Source of the DNA: Clostridia bacterium
GTDB taxonomy: Bacteria; Bacillota; Clostridia; Oscillospirales; QAKW01
DNA: 64,000 nt
Direction of reading: 5' to 3'
Assembly: GCA_017436525.1 (NCBI GenBank)
Contig: JAFSCX010000047.1
Span: 53,198 to 117,197, forward strand
The notes below the pieces were generated by a model that saw only the letters and a list, made by a program, of their open reading frames with translations, was not told the DNA's origin and did not search any database. How positions within the stretch are numbered: the stretch's first letter is position 1; every line of letters begins with the position of its first letter. This document shows positions 27,229-35,613 of the stretch, in pieces. Position numbers and translations under genes: made by a program.

Positions 27229-29853
27229 TTATTTTTTCATTTCTTTCACAAAAGCCACAACCCGATTCAATGCTTCCTGCACTTTGGCAGCATCACCAAT
27301 ACCTGCCATTGCACTATCAGGTTTGCCGCCGCCTTTACCGCCGGTAACGCCGGCAACCAAACCAACCAGTTTTCCGGCCATTACACCCTTTGCCACAGCA
27401 TCTTTTCCGCATACAACCAGAAGGTTTCCTTTTTCTTCTCCCACATTTGCCAGCACCGCGCAAAGGTCATTATGGTTTGCCTTCAGATCATCGCCAAGTT
27501 CGCGAAGGGTCTTCACATCGGCATTATCAAAGATCGCAGTTACTACTCGAATTCCGTCAACCACAACTGCATCATCAAGCAAAGAGCCGGTCTGCTGCTC
27601 TGCCATCTTCTTATTAGCGGCTGCAAGTGCGTGATTTAAGGTTTTAACCTCTTCCATCAAAGATACGCACTTGGGCACCAAATTCTGCGCATTATTGCAC
27701 TTTAAGGCTGCTGCGGCGGATTCAATCTCCTTGCGATAATCCCTCAGAAGATCCAATACACCGGCGCCGGTTACTGCCTCAATTCTGCGAACACCGGAGG
27801 CGATACCGTTTTCACTGAGAATTTTGAAAAGACCCATCTTGGCAGTATTGCCCACATGGGTACCGCCGCAAAGTTCAACCGAAGCACCCGCAATTTCAAC
27901 CACTCGTACCCGATTACCGTATTTTTCACCAAAGAGCGCCATAGCGCCTTTCGCCCGAGCCTCTTCGATATCGGTCTCATAATTCAAAACATCAATTCCG
28001 CTGAGGATCACTTCATTTACGCGATCCTCCACTGCCTGCAGCTCATCTGCAGTGAGGGCGGCAAAATGAGTAAAATCGAAACGTACAGCCCGATCATTTA
28101 CCAGCTGACCCGCCTGCTCCACATGGTTGCCGAGAATCTCTCTCAAAGCACCCTGCAGCAAATGAGCGGCAGTGTGATTACGGCGGATCGCATTCCGACG
28201 TGCTACATCAATAGCAGCGGTTACGCGATCCCCCAAGGAGAGAATTCCCTCCTCTAAAGTACCAAAATGCAGATAAACACCGCCTGCAGTCTTAGTCGTA
28301 TTTTCTACTGCAAAGCGGGCATCGGCCATGGTAATGATACCGGTATCACCCACCTGACCGCCGCCTTCGCCGTAGAAAGGAGTCTCTTTCAATACAACAA
28401 CCGCTTTCTCGCCGGCAGAAACCGCATTTTTTCGCTCACCTTCTACCACCAAAACAAGAATCTCACTCTCAGAAGAATCGGCGGTATAGCCCAAAAATAC
28501 GGTCTTATCTACGTCCTCCAAAGAAAGTTCATCACTCTTCCAGCTCTCAGCATCCGCCGCTTTACGGGATTCGCGCGCCTTTTTACGCTGCTCTTCCATC
28601 AGCTTCGCAAAACCTTCTTCATCCACCTTCATTCCCTTTTCTTCCAGAATATCACGGGTAAGATCAAGGGGGAATCCATAGGTATCGTAAAGCTTGAACG
28701 CATCAGCGCCGGAGAGTATGCCGCCTTCTGCAGTCAATTCCTCCAAAATAGCAAGACCCTGATCGATGGTCTTGGCGAAGGAATCTTCTTCAAAGGAGAT
28801 TACCTTTTTGATCAGGCTTTCTTTCTCTTCCAGCTCAGGATAGCCACTCTTATTTTCACGAATCACCACATCGCAAAGCAAGGGCAAAAATGCATCATTA
28901 ATTCCGAGCAATTTGCCATGGCGGGCAGCGCGACGAATCAAGCGGCGCAATACATATCCACGGCCCTCATTGGATGGAATGATTCCATCGCAAATCATAA
29001 AAGTAGCAGCGCGAGCATGGTCCGTAATAGCGCGGATAGAAATATCTTTTCCCGCATCTTTGCCATAGGTAACCCCCGCAATCTCGCATACCCGATCAAG
29101 GGTATTGCGGATAGTATCCACCTCAAACATATTATCGACGCCCTGCATTACACAGGCAAGGCGCTCCAGACCCATGCCGGTATCAATATTTTTATGCTCC
29201 AACTCGGTATAAGTACCATCGCCCATATTGTTGAACTGAGAAAATACGTTATTCCAAATCTCCATATAACGATCGCAATCACAGCCGGGCTTGCAATCAG
29301 GAGAGCCACAGCCGTATTTTTCGCCGCGATCAAAATAAATTTCACTGCAAGGGCCGCAAGGACCGGTACCATGCTCCCAGAAATTATCGGCTTTCCCCAA
29401 ACGCACAATTCGCTCTGCGGGCACACCAATCTGCTCACGCCAGATCTGATAAGCCTCATCGTCGCTCTCATAAATAGAAGGCCAAAGCAGATCACCCGGA
29501 ATTTCCATTACTTCGGTTAAAAATTCCCAAGCCCATGCAATTGCCTGCTCCTTAAAATAATCACCAAAAGAGAAATTACCCAGCATCTCAAAGAAGGTGC
29601 CGTGGCGTGCAGTATGACCGACCCGCTCCAGATCGGGGGTGCGGATACATTTCTGGCAGGTTGTTACCCGATTGCAAGGAGGAGTTACCTCTCCCGTAAA
29701 ATACTTTTTCATCGGAGCCATGCCCGAATTGATCAGCAAAAGAGATTTATCATTTTGCGGAACCAAGGAAAAACTATTTAATCTCAAATGCCCTTTGGAT
29801 TCAAAGAAAGATAAATACTTTTCTCTGATCTCATTTAATCCCATATACTTCAT
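27229..29853 (-). CDS. alaS: Alanine--tRNA ligase
   Basis: 874 aa starting MKYMGLNEIREKYLSFFESKGH, with editing-domain HTAAHLL and a C-terminal GGKGGGKPD motif. Confidence 0.95.
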   Translation of the reverse strand: MKYMGLNEIREKYLSFFESKGHLRLNSFSLVPQNDKSLLLINSGMAPMKKYFTGEVTPPCNRVTTCQKCIRTPDLERVGHTARHGTFFEMLGNFSFGDYFKEQAIAWAWEFLTEVMEIPGDLLWPSIYESDDEAYQIWREQIGVPAERIVRLGKADNFWEHGTGPCGPCSEIYFDRGEKYGCGSPDCKPGCDCDRYMEIWNNVFSQFNNMGDGTYTELEHKNIDTGMGLERLACVMQGVDNMFEVDTIRNTLDRVCEIAGVTYGKDAGKDISIRAITDHARAATFMICDGIIPSNEGRGYVLRRLIRRAARHGKLLGINDAFLPLLCDVVIRENKSGYPELEEKESLIKKVISFEEDSFAKTIDQGLAILEELTAEGGILSGADAFKLYDTYGFPLDLTRDILEEKGMKVDEEGFAKLMEEQRKKARESRKAADAESWKSDELSLEDVDKTVFLGYTADSSESEILVLVVEGERKNAVSAGEKAVVVLKETPFYGEGGGQVGDTGIITMADARFAVENTTKTAGGVYLHFGTLEEGILSLGDRVTAAIDVARRNAIRRNHTAAHLLQGALREILGNHVEQAGQLVNDRAVRFDFTHFAALTADELQAVEDRVNEVILSGIDVLNYETDIEEARAKGAMALFGEKYGNRVRVVEIAGASVELCGGTHVGNTAKMGLFKILSENGIASGVRRIEAVTGAGVLDLLRDYRKEIESAAAALKCNNAQNLVPKCVSLMEEVKTLNHALAAANKKMAEQQTGSLLDDAVVVDGIRVVTAIFDNADVKTLRELGDDLKANHNDLCAVLANVGEEKGNLLVVCGKDAVAKGVMAGKLVGLVAGVTGGKGGGKPDSAMAGIGDAAKVQEALNRVVAFVKEMKK

Positions 29854-29865
29854 ACGCTTTTCTCC

Positions 29866-30095
29866 TTACCAAAATATAAAAGCACCCCTCGAACAAATAG
29901 GGACGGAATCCAATTCCGCGGTACCACCCTAATTGCACGAAAAGTGCCACTCTTACTTTAGTCGCTAACGCAGACATTGCGGTATGATTCAGAAAAACAG
30001 CCACCGCACTCCCCCTCTCGCTTTGGAAAGCTCTCACCATTACCTTCCTCTCTGTACCGCGGAAAAAAAGACGGGATTTTTCATCATTATCATAC
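29866..30095 (-). promoter_or_regulatory. T-box leader upstream of alaS
   Basis: The minus strand carries the T-box sequence AATTAGGGTGGTACCGCGGAATT (rc of about 29921-29943) upstream of the alaS RBS. I did not resolve the specifier confidently. Confidence 0.7.
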
Positions 30096-30117
30096 TATTT
30101 TAGTATATCATATATTT

Positions 30118-31719
30118 TTACTCTGTCAAGCAATTTTCGCCGATAAAATCGCAGATTTCGCGAAATACCGGTCCGCAGGTTTTTCCGCCCGAAATCCCGT
30201 CTTCGGCAAATACCGTGATGACATATTGAGGGTCCTCTGCCGGATAAAATCCGGTAAAATACACATTGAGTTGTTCTTTCTCATTTTTGAAAATTCCGGT
30301 TTGTGCGCTGGAGGTTTTCCCGCCGGCGTTCCCTTTTGAGGGTTTTGCATCGGCTCCGGTTCCCTTCTCCACCGTCTGAATACAAAAAGATTGCAGTTTT
30401 CTTGCGACTTCTTCCGAGAGAATCCGCACGCCTTGCCGGCCTTCCCCCGATTTTTTGATTTTTCCGCTCAGGTACAGCCCTTCATATACCGTGATATCCG
30501 GCAGAATTCCACCGTTTGCAACCGTTGCTGTCATCCGTGCAATCTGCAAAGGTGAGGCCATCAGCTTTCCCTGCCCAATACTGAGATTGGCAAGCGCCAG
30601 CCCGCCTCCTTCCTCGGGAAAAATCCCCGCAGATGCCTTAATTGATCCAATGATCTCGATTTGCTCCCCAAAGCCGAAGCGCTCTGCCATTTCTTTAATG
30701 CACGGATATCCCAGCATTTGCCCCAAAGCAATAAAATATGAATTACAAGAGTTTGCAAAAGCATCAGCAAGCCCTAATGCACCATGGCCGGAATGATTAT
30801 GACAGGCGATAGTTTGATCGCTGATTACAATCCCGCCGCTGCAGCTGTAGGTGAATCCTTCCAATCCGCGCTCCAGCGCACATGCAGCAAGAATAATCTT
30901 AAATACCGATCCCACTGCCTGAGAAGAAAGGGCGCGATTAATCAACTCTCCTTCGGTCGATTCCAGATAATCGGAAATTCTTTCCTCTTCATAATCAGGC
31001 CGTGAACAGATCGACTTCATTTCTCCGCTTTTACAATCAAGAATGACCGCCGCGCCCTTTTCAATATGCTGCTTCATCGCCTCTTCCAGTGCAACACACC
31101 ATTCTTTATCAAGCGTCAATATCAATCCATTTTTTGATGGGTTTTCTTTTTGTTCTTCAAGCCCGTTTGGGGGAATGATTCCTCCCAAAGCATCAGCGCT
31201 ATATTGAATTCCTACCTCCGTAGAAAATAGCCCCAAATAATCGCTGAATTCCTTTTCTATTCCCGAGAGGCCTAATTGACCATCGCTGTCTAAATAGCCC
31301 AGAAGATGAGATGCAATTCCGCTATAGCGCTCTTCTCCTTCATATATCGTGGCCCCCTCTATTTGAGGCGGTTTATTCTTACATTTGACAACAAAGGGAG
31401 TTTCTTTTCCCAATTTTTGCAAAAGATCTTCTCGTTCCTCATCACAAATATTTTCCAAATCATCCAATGATTCTCTTTGAAAATTCCGAGGATCGACCAC
31501 CATATAATAGCATTTTTGATTTCCTGCAATCGGCTGAAGATTCTTATCATAGATCAGCCCCTTGGTTCGATATAAAATCAAAGAACTTTTTCGACTGCTT
31601 ATTACCTTTTGAGAGAGATTTGCATTATCCCCCATCGACAGCCAAAAAGTCCTAAATAAAATTGCCATAAAGGCCATTATCAATGCAAGATAAAACCATC
31701 CGGTCCTACGAATCGACAT
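30118..31719 (-). CDS. Class B penicillin-binding protein (PBP2/FtsI/SpoVD-type transpeptidase)
   Basis: 533 aa with an N-terminal TM anchor and the SVFK (SxxK), SCN (SxN) and GKTSS (KTG-like) motifs. Confidence 0.85.
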   Translation of the reverse strand: MSIRRTGWFYLALIMAFMAILFRTFWLSMGDNANLSQKVISSRKSSLILYRTKGLIYDKNLQPIAGNQKCYYMVVDPRNFQRESLDDLENICDEEREDLLQKLGKETPFVVKCKNKPPQIEGATIYEGEERYSGIASHLLGYLDSDGQLGLSGIEKEFSDYLGLFSTEVGIQYSADALGGIIPPNGLEEQKENPSKNGLILTLDKEWCVALEEAMKQHIEKGAAVILDCKSGEMKSICSRPDYEEERISDYLESTEGELINRALSSQAVGSVFKIILAACALERGLEGFTYSCSGGIVISDQTIACHNHSGHGALGLADAFANSCNSYFIALGQMLGYPCIKEMAERFGFGEQIEIIGSIKASAGIFPEEGGGLALANLSIGQGKLMASPLQIARMTATVANGGILPDITVYEGLYLSGKIKKSGEGRQGVRILSEEVARKLQSFCIQTVEKGTGADAKPSKGNAGGKTSSAQTGIFKNEKEQLNVYFTGFYPAEDPQYVITVFAEDGISGGKTCGPVFREICDFIGENCLTE

Positions 31720-31837
31720 TTCACATCACCCGCATTAGTATGCGCGTTTTCAAAGGATAAATTCACCATTGACTTTACTCTTTGAAAGAGGTATAATCAT
31801 TATAGAACATTTGTTCTTTAATGAAAAGAGGAATTAT

Positions 31838-33091
31838 ATGGACCGCATCATTTTACATTCCGATCTGAATAATTTTTTTGCCTCGGTAGAGGCGGCTAAA
31901 AACCCGCTTCTGCGAGGCAAAGTTTTTGCGGTGGCAGGAGATCCCGAAAAGCGCCACGGCATTATTTTAGCCAAGAGTCAGCCCGCCAAAGAGCTTGGGA
32001 TCTCCACCGGCGAAGTCATTTGGCAAGCTAAATTAAAATGCCCTGATCTGATTTTGGTTAAGCCGGATATGGTCTCTTATCATCGCTATTCCAAGCGTGT
32101 CCATGAAATTTACCGTCGGTTCACCGATACCATTGAGCCATTCGGCATCGATGAAGCATGGCTGGATGTTACCGGAAGCACGCGGCTGTTCGGAAGCGGT
32201 GAAGAGATCGCTCGCAAGATTCGCCATGCTGTAAAAGAAGAGCTGGGGCTTACTGTATCGATCGGGGTCTCATTTAATAAAATTTTTGCAAAGCTGGGAA
32301 GTGATTTGAAAAAGCCCGATGCCACTACCATAATTTCTCGGGATAATTTCAAAGCAGTGGTTCACCCCCTTCCCATTACCGCCTTATTATTTGTAGGAAG
32401 ATCCACACGTGAAAAGTTAGAGCGTTACGGCATCAAAAAAATCGGCCATTTAGCAAATGCTGATCCCAATTTTCTGAAAAACCTTTTGGGAAAAAACGGC
32501 CTTCTTCTCTATCATTACGCCAATGGCTCTGATATTGGATCCACTTTACTTTCTCAAACACCGCCTGCAAAATCCATCGGCAATTCGGTTACCACCGCTT
32601 ATGATCTCACCACCGAGCAAGAAATCCGAATTCAGCTGATGATGCTGGCAGAGCATATCGCCGCTCGCTTACGAGAGCAGAATGTTGCAGGCGCGCTGAT
32701 TCATATTTCGATCCGTGATCGCAATCTGCGCACCATCACCCGTCAAAAGCAATTAGAGCTCCCCACCAATCATGCACCGGCAATCGCAGATGCAGCATTT
32801 TCTCTTTTTCAGCAGCATTATGATCTTTCCACTCCGGTGCGCAGCATCGGAATCGGCGTAGGAAATCTTTCTTCCGATACCGGAAATCTGCAGTTAAGCT
32901 TATGGGATCCGGAGCACAAGCGTGTAAACGAGCAAAATTTAGATCATGCAGTAGATCACTTAAGAAATCGCTATGGGTTTAATTGTGTAGTGCGGGCAGG
33001 ATGCCTCCACCATCAGCTGAAAAATTACACCCTCACCAATGATCCTCAAGCACCTTCTTCCCTTTGCACCCTCCCCGGATGCCGCCATTAG
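31838..33091 (+). CDS. dinB: DNA polymerase IV (Y-family)
   Basis: MDRIILHSDLNNFFASVE, DEAWLDVTG and SIGVSFNKIFAKLGSD motifs. The ATG at 31838 follows AAGAGGAA; the track ORF start at 31769 is less likely. Confidence 0.9.
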   Translation: MDRIILHSDLNNFFASVEAAKNPLLRGKVFAVAGDPEKRHGIILAKSQPAKELGISTGEVIWQAKLKCPDLILVKPDMVSYHRYSKRVHEIYRRFTDTIEPFGIDEAWLDVTGSTRLFGSGEEIARKIRHAVKEELGLTVSIGVSFNKIFAKLGSDLKKPDATTIISRDNFKAVVHPLPITALLFVGRSTREKLERYGIKKIGHLANADPNFLKNLLGKNGLLLYHYANGSDIGSTLLSQTPPAKSIGNSVTTAYDLTTEQEIRIQLMMLAEHIAARLREQNVAGALIHISIRDRNLRTITRQKQLELPTNHAPAIADAAFSLFQQHYDLSTPVRSIGIGVGNLSSDTGNLQLSLWDPEHKRVNEQNLDHAVDHLRNRYGFNCVVRAGCLHHQLKNYTLTNDPQAPSSLCTLPGCRH

Positions 33092-33093
33092 AA

Positions 33094-33130
33094 AAGCGGA
33101 GAGATTTGAAATCTCTCCGCTTATATTATT
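33094..33130. terminator. Bidirectional terminator (dinB / DivIVA-like gene)
   Basis: AAGCGGAGAGATT-tga-AATCTCTCCGCTT. Confidence 0.8.
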
Positions 33131-33824
33131 CGAATAAATGTTTTTGAGAATGAGCTACATCCTGATCAGCAAATGAAAAACATTTTTCAAATTCATTCAA
33201 GGTTTTCATCGCGCCGGTCAGCTTATCTGCTGCTTCTGTTTTTGCAGTCAAAAGATTGGATTTCAGCAACTCATAATCCGATATCAGCAACCTGAACCGT
33301 TGCTCCGCCTCTTCGCGCAATGCTTTGGCATGGGCCTCCGCATCCTGAATAATGCCGGCCGCATCATTTTTAGCCTTAATCATCAATTCTGCCAAAACCT
33401 CACGATTTTCATCATAAAGCTGCGCACGATGACGCAGATCCTGAAGTTCCTCTGCTTGAAGCTGCGCACGATGAGATACTTCAGTGCGCACAATTTCTTC
33501 ATATTTCGGAGTAAGCTCTCCTTCTACCTGCTTGCGAACCTGCTTTTCAATTTCAGGACGCAGTTCCTCCTCAAGATCTTTACGGAGCTGCTCACTCAGG
33601 ACAGGGGTCAATTCCTCTGTCAAAGCATTTCTTAATGCTTCCTCATCAGCACAAGCTTCGCTTACTTCTTGCGCAGCATCTTCCAGCTGCTGAATGCGGC
33701 TCAGGGCAACACTAAGCTCATCCTGAAGCTGCACCATCTGACGATTCAACTGATCAATGTATGCAACAACCTCACCTTTATGATATCCCTTAAACGATGT
33801 CTTAAAAATTTCAGAATTAGCCAT
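33126..33824 (-). CDS. DivIVA-domain coiled-coil protein
   Basis: 232 aa. The N-terminus FKTSFKGYHKGEVVAYIDQL is DivIVA-like, and the rest is a long coiled coil. Confidence 0.7.
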   Translation of the reverse strand: MANSEIFKTSFKGYHKGEVVAYIDQLNRQMVQLQDELSVALSRIQQLEDAAQEVSEACADEEALRNALTEELTPVLSEQLRKDLEEELRPEIEKQVRKQVEGELTPKYEEIVRTEVSHRAQLQAEELQDLRHRAQLYDENREVLAELMIKAKNDAAGIIQDAEAHAKALREEAEQRFRLLISDYELLKSNLLTAKTEAADKLTGAMKTLNEFEKCFSFADQDVAHSQKHLFE

Positions 33825-33964
33825 TATGCGGCATCCTCCATCCTATATTGTTTTTTAATCATAACATATCTGATAAAAAATTGCAACCTTTTTCGATTTT
33901 GAAGAAGTTTTCAAAAAAAGGTTGCTTTTTTCATATTAAGATAGTATAATAGTTTCTCGTAAAT

Positions 33965-34041
33965 GCGCCCGTAGCGCAGTTGGATAGCGCGTCAGACTCC
34001 GACTCTGAAGGCCGCTGGTTCGAATCCAGTCGGGCGTACCA
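33965..34041 (+). tRNA. tRNA-Arg (anticodon CCG), CCA encoded
   Basis: GCGCCCGTAGCGCAGTTGGATAGCGCG-TCAGA-CTCCGAC-TCTGA ... GGTTCGAATCC ... CGGGCGTACCA. The promoter TTGCTT-17-TATAAT lies upstream. Confidence 0.9.
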
Positions 34042-34044
34042 AAG

Positions 34045-34080
34045 AAAGCGACAAGTTTCGGCAGAAACTTGTCGCTTTCA
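34045..34080 (+). terminator. Terminator after tRNA-Arg
   Basis: 15-bp stem AAAGCGACAAGTTTC-ggca-GAAACTTGTCGCTTT. Confidence 0.8.
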
Positions 34081-34201
34081 GTTATATTGCCTTTTGGCGA
34101 GTGATATTGCTTTGCAGTTATATTTGCTTCGTGCGTTTCGGAATATATTCCCATACATATGTTAGCATAGAGTGAACATCCTGTTTATGGAGGCACTTTT
34201 T

Positions 34202-34354
34202 ATGAAATCTGATAAGAAAAAAGACGTTATTCCGCTTTATACCACTCTTCCTCTTGTCCAACCCGAAAAAAAGACAAAGGATGCCAAGGTATCAATCCCC
34301 TCGGATGAAGCGGTAAGCTGGACAAAAGGATGGAGTGAAGAGTTGAAACTCTAA
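34202..34354 (+). CDS. 50-aa hypothetical protein (possibly DUF3787-like)
   Basis: The ATG at 34202 sits 8 nt after GGAGG: MKSDKKKDVIPLYTTLPLVQPEKKTKDAKVSIPSDEAVSWTKGWSEELKL. A terminator follows (GGGCTGC-tttattt-GCAGCCC + T-run). The family call is from memory only. Confidence 0.35.
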   Translation: MKSDKKKDVIPLYTTLPLVQPEKKTKDAKVSIPSDEAVSWTKGWSEELKL

Positions 34355-34482
34355 GAAAAGGGCTGCTTTATTTGCAGCCCTTTTCTTAAAAATCATTTAC
34401 ACATCGATGTAATTATGATATAATATCCCCATAAAGTCCGTGCATAATTGATATTTAACGGTATAGAAGAAGGAGAAGTTTT

Positions 34483-34827
34483 ATGGCTAAAAAGAAATAT
34501 CAGATGTCTCGCCTTGAAATGCTTGATACTTTTCTCCCCATTTTCGGGGGCTGTTGGGCGCTGGCATTCACCTACATATCTTATTTTGCAGAAAGCAGCC
34601 TATTGGCTTATCTTACCGTGGTCCCCGTATTCTTTCTCTATGCACTTTATCTATTAGGCAGTGCAATATATGTTTATAAAGAAGCGGAAATTCTGGAGGC
34701 ATTGGGAAAAGATACTGCTGATATAAAAGCAAAACACAGAAAAAAAGCCCCTATCCTCAGCAAGAAAAAGCTGATCTTTGCCGCCATCTTCTTTCTTTGC
34801 GGCATCTTAATTTGCATTCTCTTATAA
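34483..34827 (+). CDS. Small membrane protein, function unknown
   Basis: 114 aa with three hydrophobic helices. GGAGAAG RBS lies upstream and a strong terminator at 34829-34866 follows. Confidence 0.5.
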   Translation: MAKKKYQMSRLEMLDTFLPIFGGCWALAFTYISYFAESSLLAYLTVVPVFFLYALYLLGSAIYVYKEAEILEALGKDTADIKAKHRKKAPILSKKKLIFAAIFFLCGILICILL

Positions 34828-34861
34828 TAAAAATTGCGGAAGGAAATTCCTTCCGCAATTT

Positions 34862-35518
34862 TTATTGCTCTTCATTCAAATCAATTTTTGGTAATCGCCA
34901 ATGCAACTTTGCGGCAAGAATTCGAATCAAAACAGTGAAAATAATTACAAAGAAGGTGGCAAAAACCTCAAGACCCGCTCTAAAGCCGACCAGATAATAA
35001 AAGCAACACCCAACAATCGATACAACTGCATAAATATGCTTAGTAAGAACATATGGCTTTTCATTTACCAATACATCGCGGAGGATTCCGCCTCCCACAC
35101 CGGTTATAACGCCCAATGTAATCGCCAAAAGAGCATTGTTTTCATAGGAAGATCTGCAGGCAATCTCCACACCGGTGATAGAAAAAGCTGCAAGGCCCAA
35201 AGCATCGAAGAAAATATTGATCACATCAATTGATTCACTCAATTTTTTGAAATTTCTTCGATGAATATCCGTAATAATAAAGACCAAAACCGAAGTTACT
35301 ACCGCAACGCAAAAAATCAACGGATTAAAAAAGATCTTCGGCGGAGTATTACCCAGCAAAACATCTCTGATGACCCCACCACCGACAGCTGTTATGCATC
35401 CAACAGTTGCAACTCCAAAAAGATCAAGGCTGCAGCGAATTGCCACCAAAGATCCCGAGACGGCAAAAGAGATGGTACCAATCCATTCCATGATTAAAAT
35501 AATAATATCGCTGATCAT
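34862..35518 (-). CDS. TRIC/UPF0126 (YadS-like) cation channel family membrane protein
   Basis: 218 aa with the duplicated signature GGGVIRDVLLG / GGGILRDVLVN. Confidence 0.8.
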   Translation of the reverse strand: MISDIIILIMEWIGTISFAVSGSLVAIRCSLDLFGVATVGCITAVGGGVIRDVLLGNTPPKIFFNPLIFCVAVVTSVLVFIITDIHRRNFKKLSESIDVINIFFDALGLAAFSITGVEIACRSSYENNALLAITLGVITGVGGGILRDVLVNEKPYVLTKHIYAVVSIVGCCFYYLVGFRAGLEVFATFFVIIFTVLIRILAAKLHWRLPKIDLNEEQ

Positions 35519-35571
35519 TCATTATCACCACCTAATCAATACTATAGCACAATAATAGCATCGGTGCAAGC

Positions 35572-35607
35572 AAAAAAGCAGACCTATCCACTTCGATAGG
35601 TCTGCTT
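35572..35607 (-). terminator. Terminator of the T-box(Leu) operon
   Basis: GCAGACCTATC ... GATAGGTCTGC, followed by T6 on the minus strand. Confidence 0.75.
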
Positions 35608-35613
35608 TTAAGA

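Noticed and set aside
28267-29520. A 417-aa plus-strand ORF, plus others between 27030 and 29932.
   Set aside because: They are antisense to alaS, have no recognisable motifs, and alaS is unambiguous.
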